Shown here piece by piece: positions 1 to 14,255 of a stretch of DNA of 64,000 nucleotides. The notes beneath the pieces were generated by a model. It did not search any database and had not been told where the DNA came from. It saw only the letters and a program-made list of their open reading frames with translations. Within the stretch, counting starts at the first letter, position 1. Each line of letters begins with the position of its first letter. Origin of the DNA: the human T2T-CHM13v2.0 reference genome, Homo sapiens. The stretch lies in assembly GCF_009914755.1 (NCBI RefSeq), contig NC_060939.1; one strand, 5' to 3'. A program made the position numbers and the translations under genes.

Positions 1-1010
1 AGCAAGGTACTGGCTCAAGAACAAGTCAGCATCAGTGGCACATAACTGACCTCTGAAACCAAACTTACAAGCAAAATGAAATAAAAAGAAGCATTGCAAA
101 TCCATGAGAAAGGGTTGGATTAACAAATGCTGTTGAGAAAATTGACTACTTGGAAGCCAATCTTTTTAGATCTTAATCTTTTTCTCAGGCAAATTCCAAG
201 CAAGTTATAGCATTAAGTATTTAAAAACCTCATAGCAAAATATGAAAGTTTAAGTGAATATTTAAATGATCTTAAAGTGGGTAATACATATTTAACTTAA
301 GAACAATTGGAGAAATCACGAAGGAAATTGTCAGTAGAATTGCCTACACAAAGCTCTAAATGTATATTTTTAAAAAAGAAACTACAAAAATAAAAAGGTA
401 AATGACAAATTGGGAAAAATGCTTGCAACAGGTATGGCGAAAGGCTAATAGCCTTAAGAATACAAAGAGTTCTAACAAAGTCTAAAGAAAAAAAGGACTA
501 ACATCCCAGCAAAAAAAACTGGCAGAGAACATTCACAAAATAAGACATACAGATGGCTAACGTATGAGAAAATGTTTAATTTTACCATTAGCCAAAGAAA
601 TGAGAAATAGAACAATAATAAAATCCCATTTTCACTTGTCCAGTTATTAAGATTGGAGATGATGATGATGATGATATGTGTTAGCAACTAGGTGATGATA
701 TTGGAACATAAATTGGCACAACCTGTCTGGAAAAATTTAAACAGTTTTCATATTTTTGGACTCCATGGTCCTACTTCTAGGAACCCATACTAAGAAAACA
801 CTGGCAATGAGATCAGGATGTTCATGAGAGCATTATTTATCAGACTTAAATATTGGAAATAATTGTTATATATGTAACAAATGAGGATTGATAAAATAGA
901 GTATATTTATATTGTAGAAAACATTTTTAAGGCATATATTCAAAAAATACTTAATAACATGGGAATGTGCTTGCAATGGATTGTTAAACTTTTAAAAAAA
1001 ATAATCAAAG
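1..1010 (+). mobile_element. Highly degenerate L1M (L1ME-like) ORF2 3' end/3'UTR fragment
   Basis: A-rich, with L1 ORF2-like motifs such as 'atgacaaattgggaaaaatgcttgcaaca' and 'catacagatggctaac..atgagaaaatgttta'; no intact frame. Confidence 0.7.
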
Positions 1011-1013
1011 CTC

Positions 1014-1058
1014 TGTGTGTGCGTGTGTGTGTGTTTGTGTGTTCATATGTATGTGTGC
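1014..1058. repeat. Imperfect (TG)n microsatellite
   Basis: Read directly. Confidence 0.85.
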
Positions 1059-1114
1059 TGAATCTGAATTTTCTACTCTTCTGTAGGTAGTCGGGAGAGC
1101 CAGAGTTAATATGA

Positions 1115-1222
1115 TCTGTTATTTACCTTCATGCCCTCAGTCTCCTCACCTGTGAAATGGGATCATAATGCTCGACTCTCAGGGCTGTGTGAGAATGAAA
1201 TGAGACCGCTTATATGAACAGG
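1115..1222 (+). mobile_element. MIR SINE fragment
   Basis: Core 'cctcagtctcctcacctgtgaaatggg...agggctgtgtgagaatgaaatgaga'. Confidence 0.75.
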
Positions 1223-2029
1223 ATGTAGGTCTAATCTTTCATGCATCTGTGTCTTCCCTATTCAAGGAAGTTGGCTTTTCCTAAGGGCAGGAACTGTGTG
1301 ACTCCTTGACCTGTAAGAGAAAGTGTTGTACGGGGTGTTCATTAGGATCTAAAGTTAAGCTTTAAAGTTCTGGGACCATGTTGAGTTCCAGCCTTGACAT
1401 TATCTCATGCTTCTTGCATGACTTTAGGCAACTCACCATCTGCCCATGGGCTCCAGCTCCTTGGGATCAGATGAGAAAATGGCTATGCTCCCTTCAAGAG
1501 CTAACAGGATGTGATTCTCTTTTAACCTCACAATTAAAAGTCACAGCCATCTCATAGTTTGTCTGGGTCAGGGATGGCCTCGCAGGGCTCTCAGGCTGGG
1601 CTACTGCCCATGGACAGATGGATTGACCAGTGGAAGGATGGAGTAATTATGCTCACACATGGCAGCAGGGGTCTTCTTCTGTTTTGTCCACTTATGTGTC
1701 GCCAGTACCCAGAGCCGGGTATGGCTTTTGGTGAATGCTCAGCACTCATTGACTGAATGAAGAATGAATGGAAAGATGGACTGATGGATAGATTGCCTGC
1801 AAGACAGGCTGTGTGGCTGACTTGAGATAGTGTCCTCAGGACCTCCTTGACTGGCCTTGGACCCATTAAGGAGGGAAGGAGAGAGGTGAAGGTAAAGGTG
1901 ATGCAGGAGGAGAGAGACCTCCTGCATCATCTTTGTCTTCCTTGGACAGCCTGGTGGAGGCTGGGGTTTGCGTCTCTCACTGTGTGCATGCTGAACAAAT
2001 CAAAAGTCATGGTCCTGGGAGCCTGAGCC

Positions 2030-2225
2030 TCATCCTGTGCTACATGTTTTACATGGATTATATTATTTGGAGCTCACTTAATCCAAGGAGGGTAGTATCA
2101 TTATCCTCATTTGCATATAAAACAATGGCCTCAGGAAGGGAGGAAAATTTACGCCAAGGTCACACAGCTTTTTAGTAGAGGAGTTGGGATTTGATCCTAG
2201 GTCTTTCTGATTTCCAAGCCATTGA
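2030..2225 (-). mobile_element. MIR SINE
   Basis: 'ccaaggtcacacagct...gggatttgatcctaggtct' is the reverse MIR core. Confidence 0.8.
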
Positions 2226-2684
2226 CCTTGAAGTTATACTCTACAAGTGTTGCTCTCCTTAAACTTCTCCCTTTTGTAGAAAGGAAAGACTCCACTTTTG
2301 CTGTGTGTGCATCTTGGGAGGAGTATGGGCTCTGCCCCTAAATCATAGCCTCAATATGAGTGCTGTGCTGGGAATGGGCCATCAGCGTGGTGACGGATCC
2401 CCACCGTCCATCACGCCCCCGCAGCATTGTGACATGCAGTGCTGGAATGTAATCAGAGTGATGGTGTCCTGATCTATGGGGATGTTCATCATCTCAGGGC
2501 TGGTACCTTGACATATTACCGTAGCTTGCTGTCAGTGGGACAGCCCCTTAATGTATTTCCGTAATACATCACCCACTGATGGGGATCAAGGAGGCCTGCT
2601 GATGCTAGTCGGCTGGAGCCCTTTCTGTGAGTCTCCCTGACTTCTTGTTCTCTTAAAGATTCATGTGAGTTTGTGTGTGCCTCA

Positions 2685-2955
2685 GGAGACAGCATAAGAG
2701 AAGGAGGCAGGAACAGAGACCGAAAGATGAAGAAAAGATGAGAATAGAGAGACAGAAAGAAAAGCAGGAAAAGAGAAAAGGAAGAGATGGGAAAAGAAAG
2801 GGAAGAGAGCAAGAAAGATTGGAGAGGAGATGAATGGGAAGAGAAAATAAGAGAAAAGAGGTGGGGGGGTGGAGATAAAGATGGCAGAGAAGAAAGAGTG
2901 AAAAACAGGAGGAAGAGAAGATTCAAGGGAGAAGGAGGAAAGGAACCAGAAGAAT
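2685..2955. repeat. GA-rich low-complexity polypurine tract
   Basis: About 270 bp, overwhelmingly A/G on the + strand. Confidence 0.85.
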
Positions 2956-4686
2956 CAAGGCTAAGGTGCAGTGTAAACAGAGAGCAGCAGGAGAGAGTAG
3001 GGAAGCACTCAGCTCTGGAGTGAAGCGCAGGTGTTGTTGGAGATTCGGATCCTTTTATTTAGCCTTGGTGGAGGCCTGGCTTTCCTGGGGGCTAGAAGGG
3101 CTGTGGGAGTAGGTGGGGTTGCCTGAAGGGAATGGGATATGAAAATTCTTTCTCCCTCCAAAGACAGCAAAGAAGTTTTTGTGGTCAGCCACAACCTTTC
3201 TCATTCTGCCTTCATTGTTGCAGAGGTCACCTGGGTGGGAAGAGTCTCAAAACTGCCTCTTCACCCCCTCACCCGCCAAGTCCACCTGAGATCTGAACAT
3301 CTTTGCTCAGACTGCCCAACAGCACCACAAGCTCAGAGACCCCTAACTGTGGTCATTCACTCTACCCCTGGTCTCCCTTCTGGCTTCCCCATTGCAATGA
3401 AAGGTGTTGCCAGTCTCTAGGGCCCTGGTTCACAGGGGCATCTTGTCTTGTTATTCTCTCCACATTTAGATCTATCAGATTCGTAGAGCAACTGAGCCTG
3501 TTTGGGCTTCTTACCAACTTCTGTTTGCCTCACCCATTATCTAGACCCTCTGAAAGCAGAGTCTGGAAGCTGACTCAGCAAGCAAGAACCATTTCCTCTT
3601 AGAAGCTGAGGATGGATTATACACTAGTGATTTTATTTCCTATTACATGTGAATCACTTTCGCCCCTGGCCCATGAGTACTACAACTGGGAATCAAGGTG
3701 AAGATCTGACAAGAAAATAGGTAGCAAACTGAGTAGTCGAGAAGGTTCAAAAGAGACAGTTTCAGAAGAATAGTGGGGACTGGGCAATTGGCTCAAGAAT
3801 GAGACTGTGAATGGAGGTGTGAACCAGGGCACCATTTCTATGTGGAGCCTGGCACTTGCTCTGGGTTGGCTGCTGCTGCTGCTGCTAAAAGGGCTCTCAG
3901 GCCCTTGCAAGGTCAAGGCTGAACTCCTTGCCTTGCCATTCAGGGCCCCTGACAGCCTGGCCTGTACGTTCCATTCCTGTCCTATCTCTTATTGCCCCCC
4001 CTATACTGACACCCCATTTACTGCAGCCAGCTTCCCCTGCCTGCCTCTCTCTAGTGCTTAGCCTTTACTAGGGTGCTCTGTCCCCCCATTGCTTCCTGTC
4101 TACATTCTACTCCTTTTCAAGGCTTCAATTAAGTTTCTCCTCTGTGGAGCCCTCTCTCCTCTTGTCATGCTGATTATGTCTCTCACTGACTTGGCCACAG
4201 CGTGTTGCATCTCCCCAACGAGACTCTAAGCTCTCTGAGGGCAGGGGTCGTGTATTCTATTTCTCTGTAACCCTCACAGTAGGGCTAGAATAAAGCCCTT
4301 CCGAATGAACAAATGTAAACTAGCAGTAGTGTGAGTCCTGAAAGGAAAGAGGGACCAAGATGAGGCCTTATGATGAGGTACAGTGGCCCTGGCTAGGCTC
4401 CTGAGCAAACTCCTCTTTATCGCTCCAGGCCTGAGTTTCTTCATGTGTGAATTGAAAGGATTGATGAGATCTATGACCTGCACTTAAAAAGGAAAAACAG
4501 ACAAACAAACAAACAAAAAAACCCTTAAGCCTCTTAGTTCCAGATAATTACAGATTCACATGCAATTGTAGGAAACAATACAGAGAGATCCCATGTACCC
4601 TTCACCTATTTTTTCTCCAATGGCATCATCCTTGCAGAACTACAGTATAACAACTACGATATTGCTATTAATACAGTCAAGATACA

Positions 4687-5038
<352 letters not shown>

Positions 5039-8000
5039 CTATTATAAACATCTCTATGTTCCCCTCACCCTCCACCCCCATCCCTGACCCCTAGAAACCA
5101 TGAATCTACTCTCCACTTGAAGTATTTTGCCATTTCAAGAATGCTATATAAATGGAATCATGCAGTATAGAACCTCTGTGATTGCCTTCTTTCATTCAGC
5201 ATAATTCTCTGGGGATTCATTCAGGTTTTTGCATGCATCAATACTTCATTCCTTTTTATTGCTACGTAGTATTTCATGGTATGGTTGTACGATTGTTTGT
5301 TTAACCATTCACCACTGATAGACCTCTGGGCTGTTTCTAGTTTTGGTGAATACAAATAGAGCTGCTGTAAACATTTGTGCACAAGCTTTTGTGTGAACAT
5401 GTCTTCATTTCTTTGGGACAAATACCCAGGAGTGCAATTGCTGGAGCATGTGGTAGATGCATATTTCGTTTTTAAAGAAACAGCCAAATTGTTTTCCATG
5501 GTGGCTCTACCATTTTACACTCCCACCAGCAATGTATGAGTTATCCAGTCCCTCTGCATCCTCACCAGCATTTTTCGTTGTCACTACTCCTTATTTTAGC
5601 CATTCTGATAGGTGTGTAGTGACATTTCATTATGATTTTAATTTTCATTTCCGTGATGGCTAATGGTGTTGAACATCTTTTCATGTGCTTATTTGTGATC
5701 TATATATGCTCTTTGGCGAAGTGCTTCTTCATTCAGTTTGTTCATTTTAAAATTGCATTATTTGTCTTTTATTGCTGACTTGTGAGAGTTCTTTATATGT
5801 TTTAGATACTAATCCTTTGTTGAATATGTGGTTAGCAAATATTTTCTCCCATTCTGTAACTTGTCTTTTCATTCTTCTAACAGGGAAGATTTTTAATTTA
5901 GTTTTGATAAAGTTTAATTTATCAATTTTCTTCTTATGGGTTATACTTTGGGTGTTGAGTCTAAGAACTGTTTGCCTAGTCTTAGATCCCAAACATTTTC
6001 TTTTATTTTTTTCTAAAAGCTTTAGAGTTTTGCATTTTCCATTTTGAATTAATTTTTATGTAATTATCAAGCATGAGACTTAGGTCAATTTTTTTTTTTG
6101 GCTCTGAATGCTGTGCAACTTCTCTGGCACCATTTGTTGAAAAAGCTATCTATACTCCATTGAATTGTTTTTGTACAAAAATTGATCGGGCTAATTTGTG
6201 TGGGTCTATTCCTGGTTTCTCTCTTCTGTTCTATTGATTTATGTGTCGATTACTCTGCCATTACTACACAGTCCTTACTAGAGTGGCTATATGAGTCTTG
6301 AAATCTGGTAGACTGATTTCTCCCACTTTATACTTCCTTTTTGAAATTGTTTTTAGCTATTTTAGTTCTTTGCCTTTCCATATAAATTTTAGGATACTCT
6401 TGTTCATATATACAAAAAATCTTGCTGGGATTTTGATAACAATTGTGCTAAACTTGTATATCATTTTGGAAAAAATGACATTTTTACTATGTTGAGTTTT
6501 CCTATCCAAAATCCCAGTATGTCTCTCCATTTATTTAGATCTTTGATTTCTTTCATTCACTATTGTATAGTTTCAGCATACAACTCCTATATATATATGT
6601 TATTGGATTTATGTCCAAAGTATTTCTTTTTTTGGACAATTATAAATGATATTGTATTTTTTATGTTGGCGTCCATGTGTTCATTGCTAGTGTATAGAAA
6701 TACAACTGACTTTTATGTATTTGTCTTTTACCTTGTGATAGAACATCACTGGTTAGTTCTAGGAGGTTGTTTGCTTGTATTTTGTATTTTTGTAGCATCC
6801 TTGAAATTTTCTTTGTAGACAATCATGCTATATGTGCACATAGAGACGGTTTTTCTTTTCTGATTTGTATGCTTTTTAGTTACCTTTCTTGCCTTATTAC
6901 ATTGGCTAACAATTCTAGCACTGTGTTGAATAAGAGTGGTGAGGATGGACATCGTTGCCTGTTTTTAGTCTTAGAGGGAAAGCATTCAGTTGTTCGCTGT
7001 TAAGTATAATGTTACCTGAAGGTATTTGGTAGATGCTTTTTATCAAGTTGAGAAAGCTAGTCCTCTATTCCTATTCTCTTTCTGAGAACTTTTATTGTGA
7101 ATTGTTGCTGAATTTGATCAAATGCTTTTTTTTGCATCAATTGATATGATCATGTGATTTTTCTTATTTCACCTGTTAATATGGTTGATTACATTAATTA
7201 AGTTTCAAATATTGAACCAGTGGGCATCTCTGGAATAAACCCCATTTGGTCATGGTATATTATTCTTTTTATATATTGCTGAATTCTATTTGCCAATATT
7301 TTGTTAAGGATTTTTGCATCTATATTCATGAGAGATAACGCGTTGTATCTTTGTCTGGTTTTAGTATCAGGGTAAGACTAGCTTCGTAAAAAATTGGGAG
7401 TGTTCCTTTCTCTTCTATTTTCTGGAATAGATTATGTAGAATTGGTGTCAATTCTTCTTTAAATATCTGGTAGGATTCACCTGTGAAACCATTTGGGATT
7501 TGTATGCTTGGGACTGGAGAGCTGTTTTTGTGAATTAAAGAAAAGTCATTTACTTTCCTTGAATAATTATAGGTTGTAGTTACAGTTATAGGACAATTTT
7601 AATGATCTATTTTGCGTTAGGTGAATTGTGGCAGTTTTTAAGGATTTGGTCCATTTCATCTAAGTTGTCAAATTTATGTGTGTAGATTTGTTGTAGTATT
7701 CTCTTATTAGGTTTCTGGATGTCTGCAGGATCTGTAATTATATCACCTGCTTTATTTCTGATATTGATAATTTGTGTCTTCTCTCTTTTTTTTATTTGTG
7801 AGCTTTTTTCTAGAAATTAGTCAATTGTGTTGATTTTTTCAAAGAACCAAATGTTTGTTTTGTTAATTTCACGATTGTTTTCCTGTTTTCAATGTCATCA
7901 GTTTTGCTCTTATTTTTATTATTATCTTTCTTCTACTTGCTTTGATTTTATTTTACTCATCTTTTTTGAAACTCTTAGGCGGGAGCTTAGATTATTGACT

Positions 8001-8548
8001 TCAGACTTTTCCTTTTTTTCTAATGTATGTACGTAGTGTTATAAATTTTCTCCTCAGCATTTTAGCTGTGTCCCACAAATTTTTATATGTTCTATTTTCA
8101 TTTTAATTCAGCTCTATGTATTTTTAAAGCTTCCTTTGAGACTTCTTCTTTGATCTGTGGATTATTTGAAAGCATGTTTTTTAGTTTCCAAGTGTTTGGA
8201 AATTTTTCTGTTATCTTTCTGTTAGTGATTTCTGGTTTGATTCCATTTTGGTTGGTGAAAATACTCTGTGTGATTTCTATTGTTATAAATTTGAGAGTTA
8301 TTTTATGGCCTAGGATACAGTCTATCTTGGTTTATGTTCTGTGGGCACTTGAAAACAATGTGTATTCTGCTTTTATTGGGTGAGGTGTTCTATAAATGTG
8401 ATGAGAATCCATTGTTAACGGTGATGACTTCTATATCCTTACTGGTTTTCTGTCTGGTCATTCTATAAATTGTTGACAGAAGGATAGTTAAGTCTCAAAT
8501 TTTATTGATAATTTCTTCTTTTAGTTTTGTTTGTTCTGTTTCACATAG

Positions 8549-8909
<361 letters not shown>

Positions 8910-8993
8910 GCAGTTAATGCTTTGACACAACAGTTCTGTGTGCAAGCCTAGTTTTTTAGATGTTTTGAATGTTAGCCAGGTAGCCATCTCCAC

Positions 8994-9298
<305 letters not shown>

Positions 9299-9454
9299 AA
9301 CACTTTTATCGTTACATAATGTCTCTTTCTGTCTCTGGTGATTTTATTTACTCCAAAGTCTACTTTATCTGATTATTGACATAGCCACTCTTGCTTTCTT
9401 TTGAATATATATATATATCATTTGTTAAAAAAACTGTCAACTTGCTTTTGTCAT

Positions 9455-9865
9455 TGTATTAGTTTGTTCTCCCACTGCTATAAAGAAATACCTGAGACTG
9501 GGTAATTTATAAAGAAAAGAGGTTTAATTGACTCATGGTTCCACAGGCTCTACAGGAAGCGTGGCAGCATCTGCTTCTGGGGAGGCCTCAGGGAGCTTTT
9601 ACTCATAGCGGAAGGCAAAGTGGGAGCAGGCGTCTTACATGGCAGGAACAGGACCAAGGTGGGGTAAGGGAGGTGCTACACACTTGTAAACAACCAGATC
9701 TTGTGAGAGCTCTGTCATGAGAACAGCACCAAAGGGATGGTGCTAAACCATTCACGAAGAATCCAGCCCCATGATCCAACCACTTCCCACCAGGCCCCAC
9801 CTCCAATAACGGGGATTAAAATAGAACATGGAATTTGGGTGGGGACCCAGGTCTGAACTATATCA
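9455..9865 (-). mobile_element. MSTA-type solo LTR (ERVL-MaLR)
   Basis: TG...CA ends; 'tgtattagtttgttctcccactgctataaagaaatacctgagactgggtaattt'; perfect 5-bp TSD GTCAT (9450-9454 / 9866-9870). Confidence 0.92.
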
Positions 9866-10921
9866 GTCATTATATTTGAAGTGAGTGTGTTGTAGCAGTA
9901 TTTAGTTGGGTCATACTTGTAATCTATTCCGCCAGTCTCTATCTTCTACTTGGTGTATTTAAACTATTTACATTTAATTTGACTATTGATATGTCAGAGT
10001 TTAAGCTGATATTTTATTTTTTGTTTCTTGTTTGTTTTCTGCTTCTGTTTGTTATTTTGCCTTCCTATGAGTTACTTGAACATTTTTGAGGATTTTATTT
10101 TGATTTTTCTACAGTGTTCTTAAGTATATCTATTTGTATAGGATTTTAGTGGTTGTTCTAGGTATTATATTATATATTCATAACTTTTTACATTTTACAT
10201 TCTACTGGTATGATCAGCTTACCATCCAGATGAAGTGTGGAAAACGTCATATCCTTTATATCTCTTATCCATTCAAAACCACATTAGACAGTGTTGTACC
10301 TGTTGCTTCAACCATCAAACATAAATTATAAAACTAAATAACAAAAGGAAAGTCTATTGTTTTTACTCATATTTGTGCTTAATATGTTCTTTATTTCATC
10401 ATGATATTCCAGGGTTTCTTCTTCAATAGTTTTCTTTCTGTTCAGAGAAATTTCTTTAGTTATTCTTTTAGGGTAGGTGTGTTGTAAACAAATTCTCTCA
10501 GTTTTCCTTTATCTGTGAATATCTTGATTTCTGTGAATATCCTGCATTTTCGAAGGACAGTTTTGCTGAGTGTAGGATTCTGGATTGACACTTCTTTTCC
10601 CTGAGCACTTGAAAAATATTGTGCTGTTTCTTCTGGCTTTTATGGTTTCTGATGAGAGATCCACTGTCATTTAGTTTTTCTTCTTTAGGTAAGGTGTCAT
10701 TTTTCTCTGGCTACTTTCAAGATTTTTTCCTTGTCTTTAGTTTCCAGAAGTCTTGTTGTAGATTTCATTGGCTTTATCCTGTTTGAGGTTTGCTAAAATT
10801 TAGGAAATTTTCAGCCATTATTTCTTGTAGTACTTTGTCAGTCCTGCTCTCATTTCTCCTTCTGGGACTCTGATGACAGGAAATCAAATATATTTTGCTA
10901 TAGTCTCACAGGTCTCTGAAA

Positions 10922-10922
<1 letters not shown>

Positions 10923-10958
<36 letters not shown>
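10923..10958. repeat. (TG)n microsatellite inside L1
   Basis: Read directly. Confidence 0.95.
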
Positions 10959-12376
10959 TATTTTCTCTTTGATTTTCAGATTGGGTAATTTCAATTATTC
11001 TGTCTTCCAGTTCACAGATTCCTTCCTCTCTTCCCTCCATTCTGCTGTTGAGCCCAATCACTGAGTTTTTAATTTTGGTTAGTGTATTTTTAAATTCTAA
11101 CATTTCTATTTGTTTCATGTTTATATCTTTTATTTATTGACTGAGGCTTTCTATTTTGTCATTTGTTTCAAGCATGTTCATAATTGCTATTGAAGCATTT
11201 TTTATGATGACTGCTTTAAATTCTTTGTGAGATAACTTTCAATCTGTCATTTCAGTGTTGAAATCTATTGTCTTTTTTCATTCAGTTTGAGATCTTCCTT
11301 CTTGGTATGATGAGTGATTTTAAAATTTATATCTGGATATTTTTCATTATATTATGAGACTCTGAGTCTTGTCTTAAACTATCTGGTTTAGCCGGCTTTT
11401 TTTTTTTTTTTTTTTTTTTGACATTGCTTTAGCTGGGTGGGGATTGAACAGTGGGGAGACTACTGCTTTGTCCCTGCAAGGTGGAGGTAGGAGTCCAGGT
11501 TCTCCACACAGTCCTCATTGATATGTGAGAAGGGATCTCTCATTACTGCTGGGTAGGGATGGCAGCTCCAGCAGCCTCCACTGATAATGAGGTGTGGGTG
11601 ACCTTGTTACTGCTGAGCAATGGTAAAAGTCCTGACTCTCCACTAGGCCTCCCCTAATACCACCTCAGTGGGATGGAATGCCTCCTTCCTGCCAAGTAGG
11701 ATAGAATTTAGGCTCCCCACTTTACCTTTGCTGGCATGGGAGATGGTGGGGCCATGATGTTTTTCTAGAGTGAAGCAGTTATCACTTGAATGTTTTCTGT
11801 CTCACTAGGCTGCCCCTTTACTTGTCCTTTGGCTAGAGAGAGTAGGCTTTATTTGGAACTTTTCTTATCTGCACCAGTTGCAGTTTCTAGGTTGTTGGCT
11901 TCTTTAGCTCTAAGTCTGGGATGTGCCATGCACAAAGAAAATCCAAGGAACTCATCATTGTGCAGTTCCTTGAGTCTTAAGGTCCCTAGCCTATCTGCTT
12001 TCTATCTACCTTAGGTTTATTTTGTATATAATATCGAGGACTTTTAGTTGTACATAGCAGCAGGAATAGGGAAAAGTACATCTACTCCATCTTGCTGGAA
12101 GCAGAAGTAGATCTGGCCTTTACTTTTAATCTGCTGAGCCGTTCAACAAATCTTGTAAGTGGAAGCCCAAAATTTTAGGTAGAAAAATGTTGTTCCAGTT
12201 GAAGTGGTAGTGTGGACTACAGCCCTGACCACTAGTCTTCTATTCCCAGTAGCCCTTTGAAGTACTTCCCAGAAGTCCTGGGGTTCCACGGAGAATGCAG
12301 GTTGCAAACGCAGAGCATTAAATGACCTTTTCTTTTCCTATAATGGGGGACACAGCCACGAAAAGACAGTGAATGA

Positions 12377-12920
<544 letters not shown>

Positions 12921-13665
12921 GCATACAGATTTAATCAATGTAATCAGTGCTGTGTGTGAGAATGATGGTGGTGAGCTGACTTGGAAATGACAAATAAGAC
13001 CAATCTGTCTCCATGGCACCATCCTCTGAGTGCATTTCTTGTCATCATTTCAGACCCAACTGTGTTGCTACCGGCGCCGGCAGTGCTCTGGGACCCAGGC
13101 CTGCTGTGCAGAGCAGTGTCCTCCCACCCCCACAGCCTGCCTCTGAGATCACGCTGGCTAGAACAGACAGTGGAATTTCGGTTCCGGGATATTTGCCAAG
13201 GGGGCTTTCGTGTTTTTGTTGTTTTTGTTTTGGTTTACTCTGAAAGTACCTGTTCTCAAAGCCGTGATTGAAGAAAAGTTTTCCAGTGCTGTGGGCTGCT
13301 TTTCTGTCTTGGATCTTGACCCCTGGCTCCCTGCTGAGGTTTTTCTTTGCTGTTGGTGGGCTCACAGGGACACCCTGCAACCAGGAATCCCCACTGCCCT
13401 GCTCTGAGGCTGAAGCAGGAAAATGAGGGACCCCAGCCTTCCCTGGTCCTGGAGATTGTCCGACCACACTCTGCAGAGCTCCTCCCCAGGTCAGCTTGTT
13501 GATTCAGCCTTTGCTCTTTTGTCCTGTAGGTGAGGAGCAGGCAGATTCCTTAGTCTTCTGAGATTTCCTCTCTGCTCTTAATCCCAAAGAGTGGCTCTTG
13601 TGGTGGAATCTCAGGCTTTGGGAGAAGCTGTCCCACAAGAGGTGACTTCAGAGAATCTTGATGTC

Positions 13666-14255
13666 TGATCAATAAAAAGACAAACAGACTTCGTTAGGGA
13701 GAGGTTTAGGAAGGAACTGTTGCAATAGAGAAAGTGTTCTGACTATGAGATCTGCAGGCATCACAGGTAAGATAGAAAGAGGATTTTCTTGTATAAAAAG
13801 GGAGTAAACCAGGCTAGAAAGAACAGGCATGGGGAAGGGAGATGAGAGGGGGTGACCCTGGGACAGTAGATGGGAGAATGTTTTACCCTGAGGCCAGCCT
13901 GTCTCTGGAAGAGCATTAGGATAGATGGCCCGCTGGCTCATGCTGAGGGTAGGTTAAAATTCAGGGGCCTAGGTGAAGGAGAGAAACTTAACCCAGGTTT
14001 TGTTAACATGCCTTTTGTTCCAATTAATTAGTGGGAGCAAAATACTTAATGATTTATGAGACAAAGAAGGGGAATTTAAAGGGTCTGAGTCTGGTCTTAT
14101 CATGGGTAAGCAAGGGGGCATCTAAGAGTCCTATCCAAGTCATATAGAAAGGATGCTTCATTGCAGTAAGCCTTTTCCTGGAACACAAAGGGGTGGAAGG
14201 ATTTCTTTAACCATCATTATTTTCCAGAATCACAGAGCTCAGATAAAATTCAACA
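13666..14255 (-). mobile_element. ERV1 solo LTR, MER67-like
   Basis: Ends 'ccagaatcacagagctcagataaaattcaaca' (reverse complement of the recalled MER67 start); TG..CA termini; flanks atgtc/ttgtc. Confidence 0.65.

Noticed and set aside
2388-2414. Short imperfect hairpin gtggtgacgg..ccgtccatcac
   Set aside because: Within chance expectation for 64 kb
2516-3023. Hydrophobic and charged ORFs
   Set aside because: Artefacts of the GA-rich low-complexity tract
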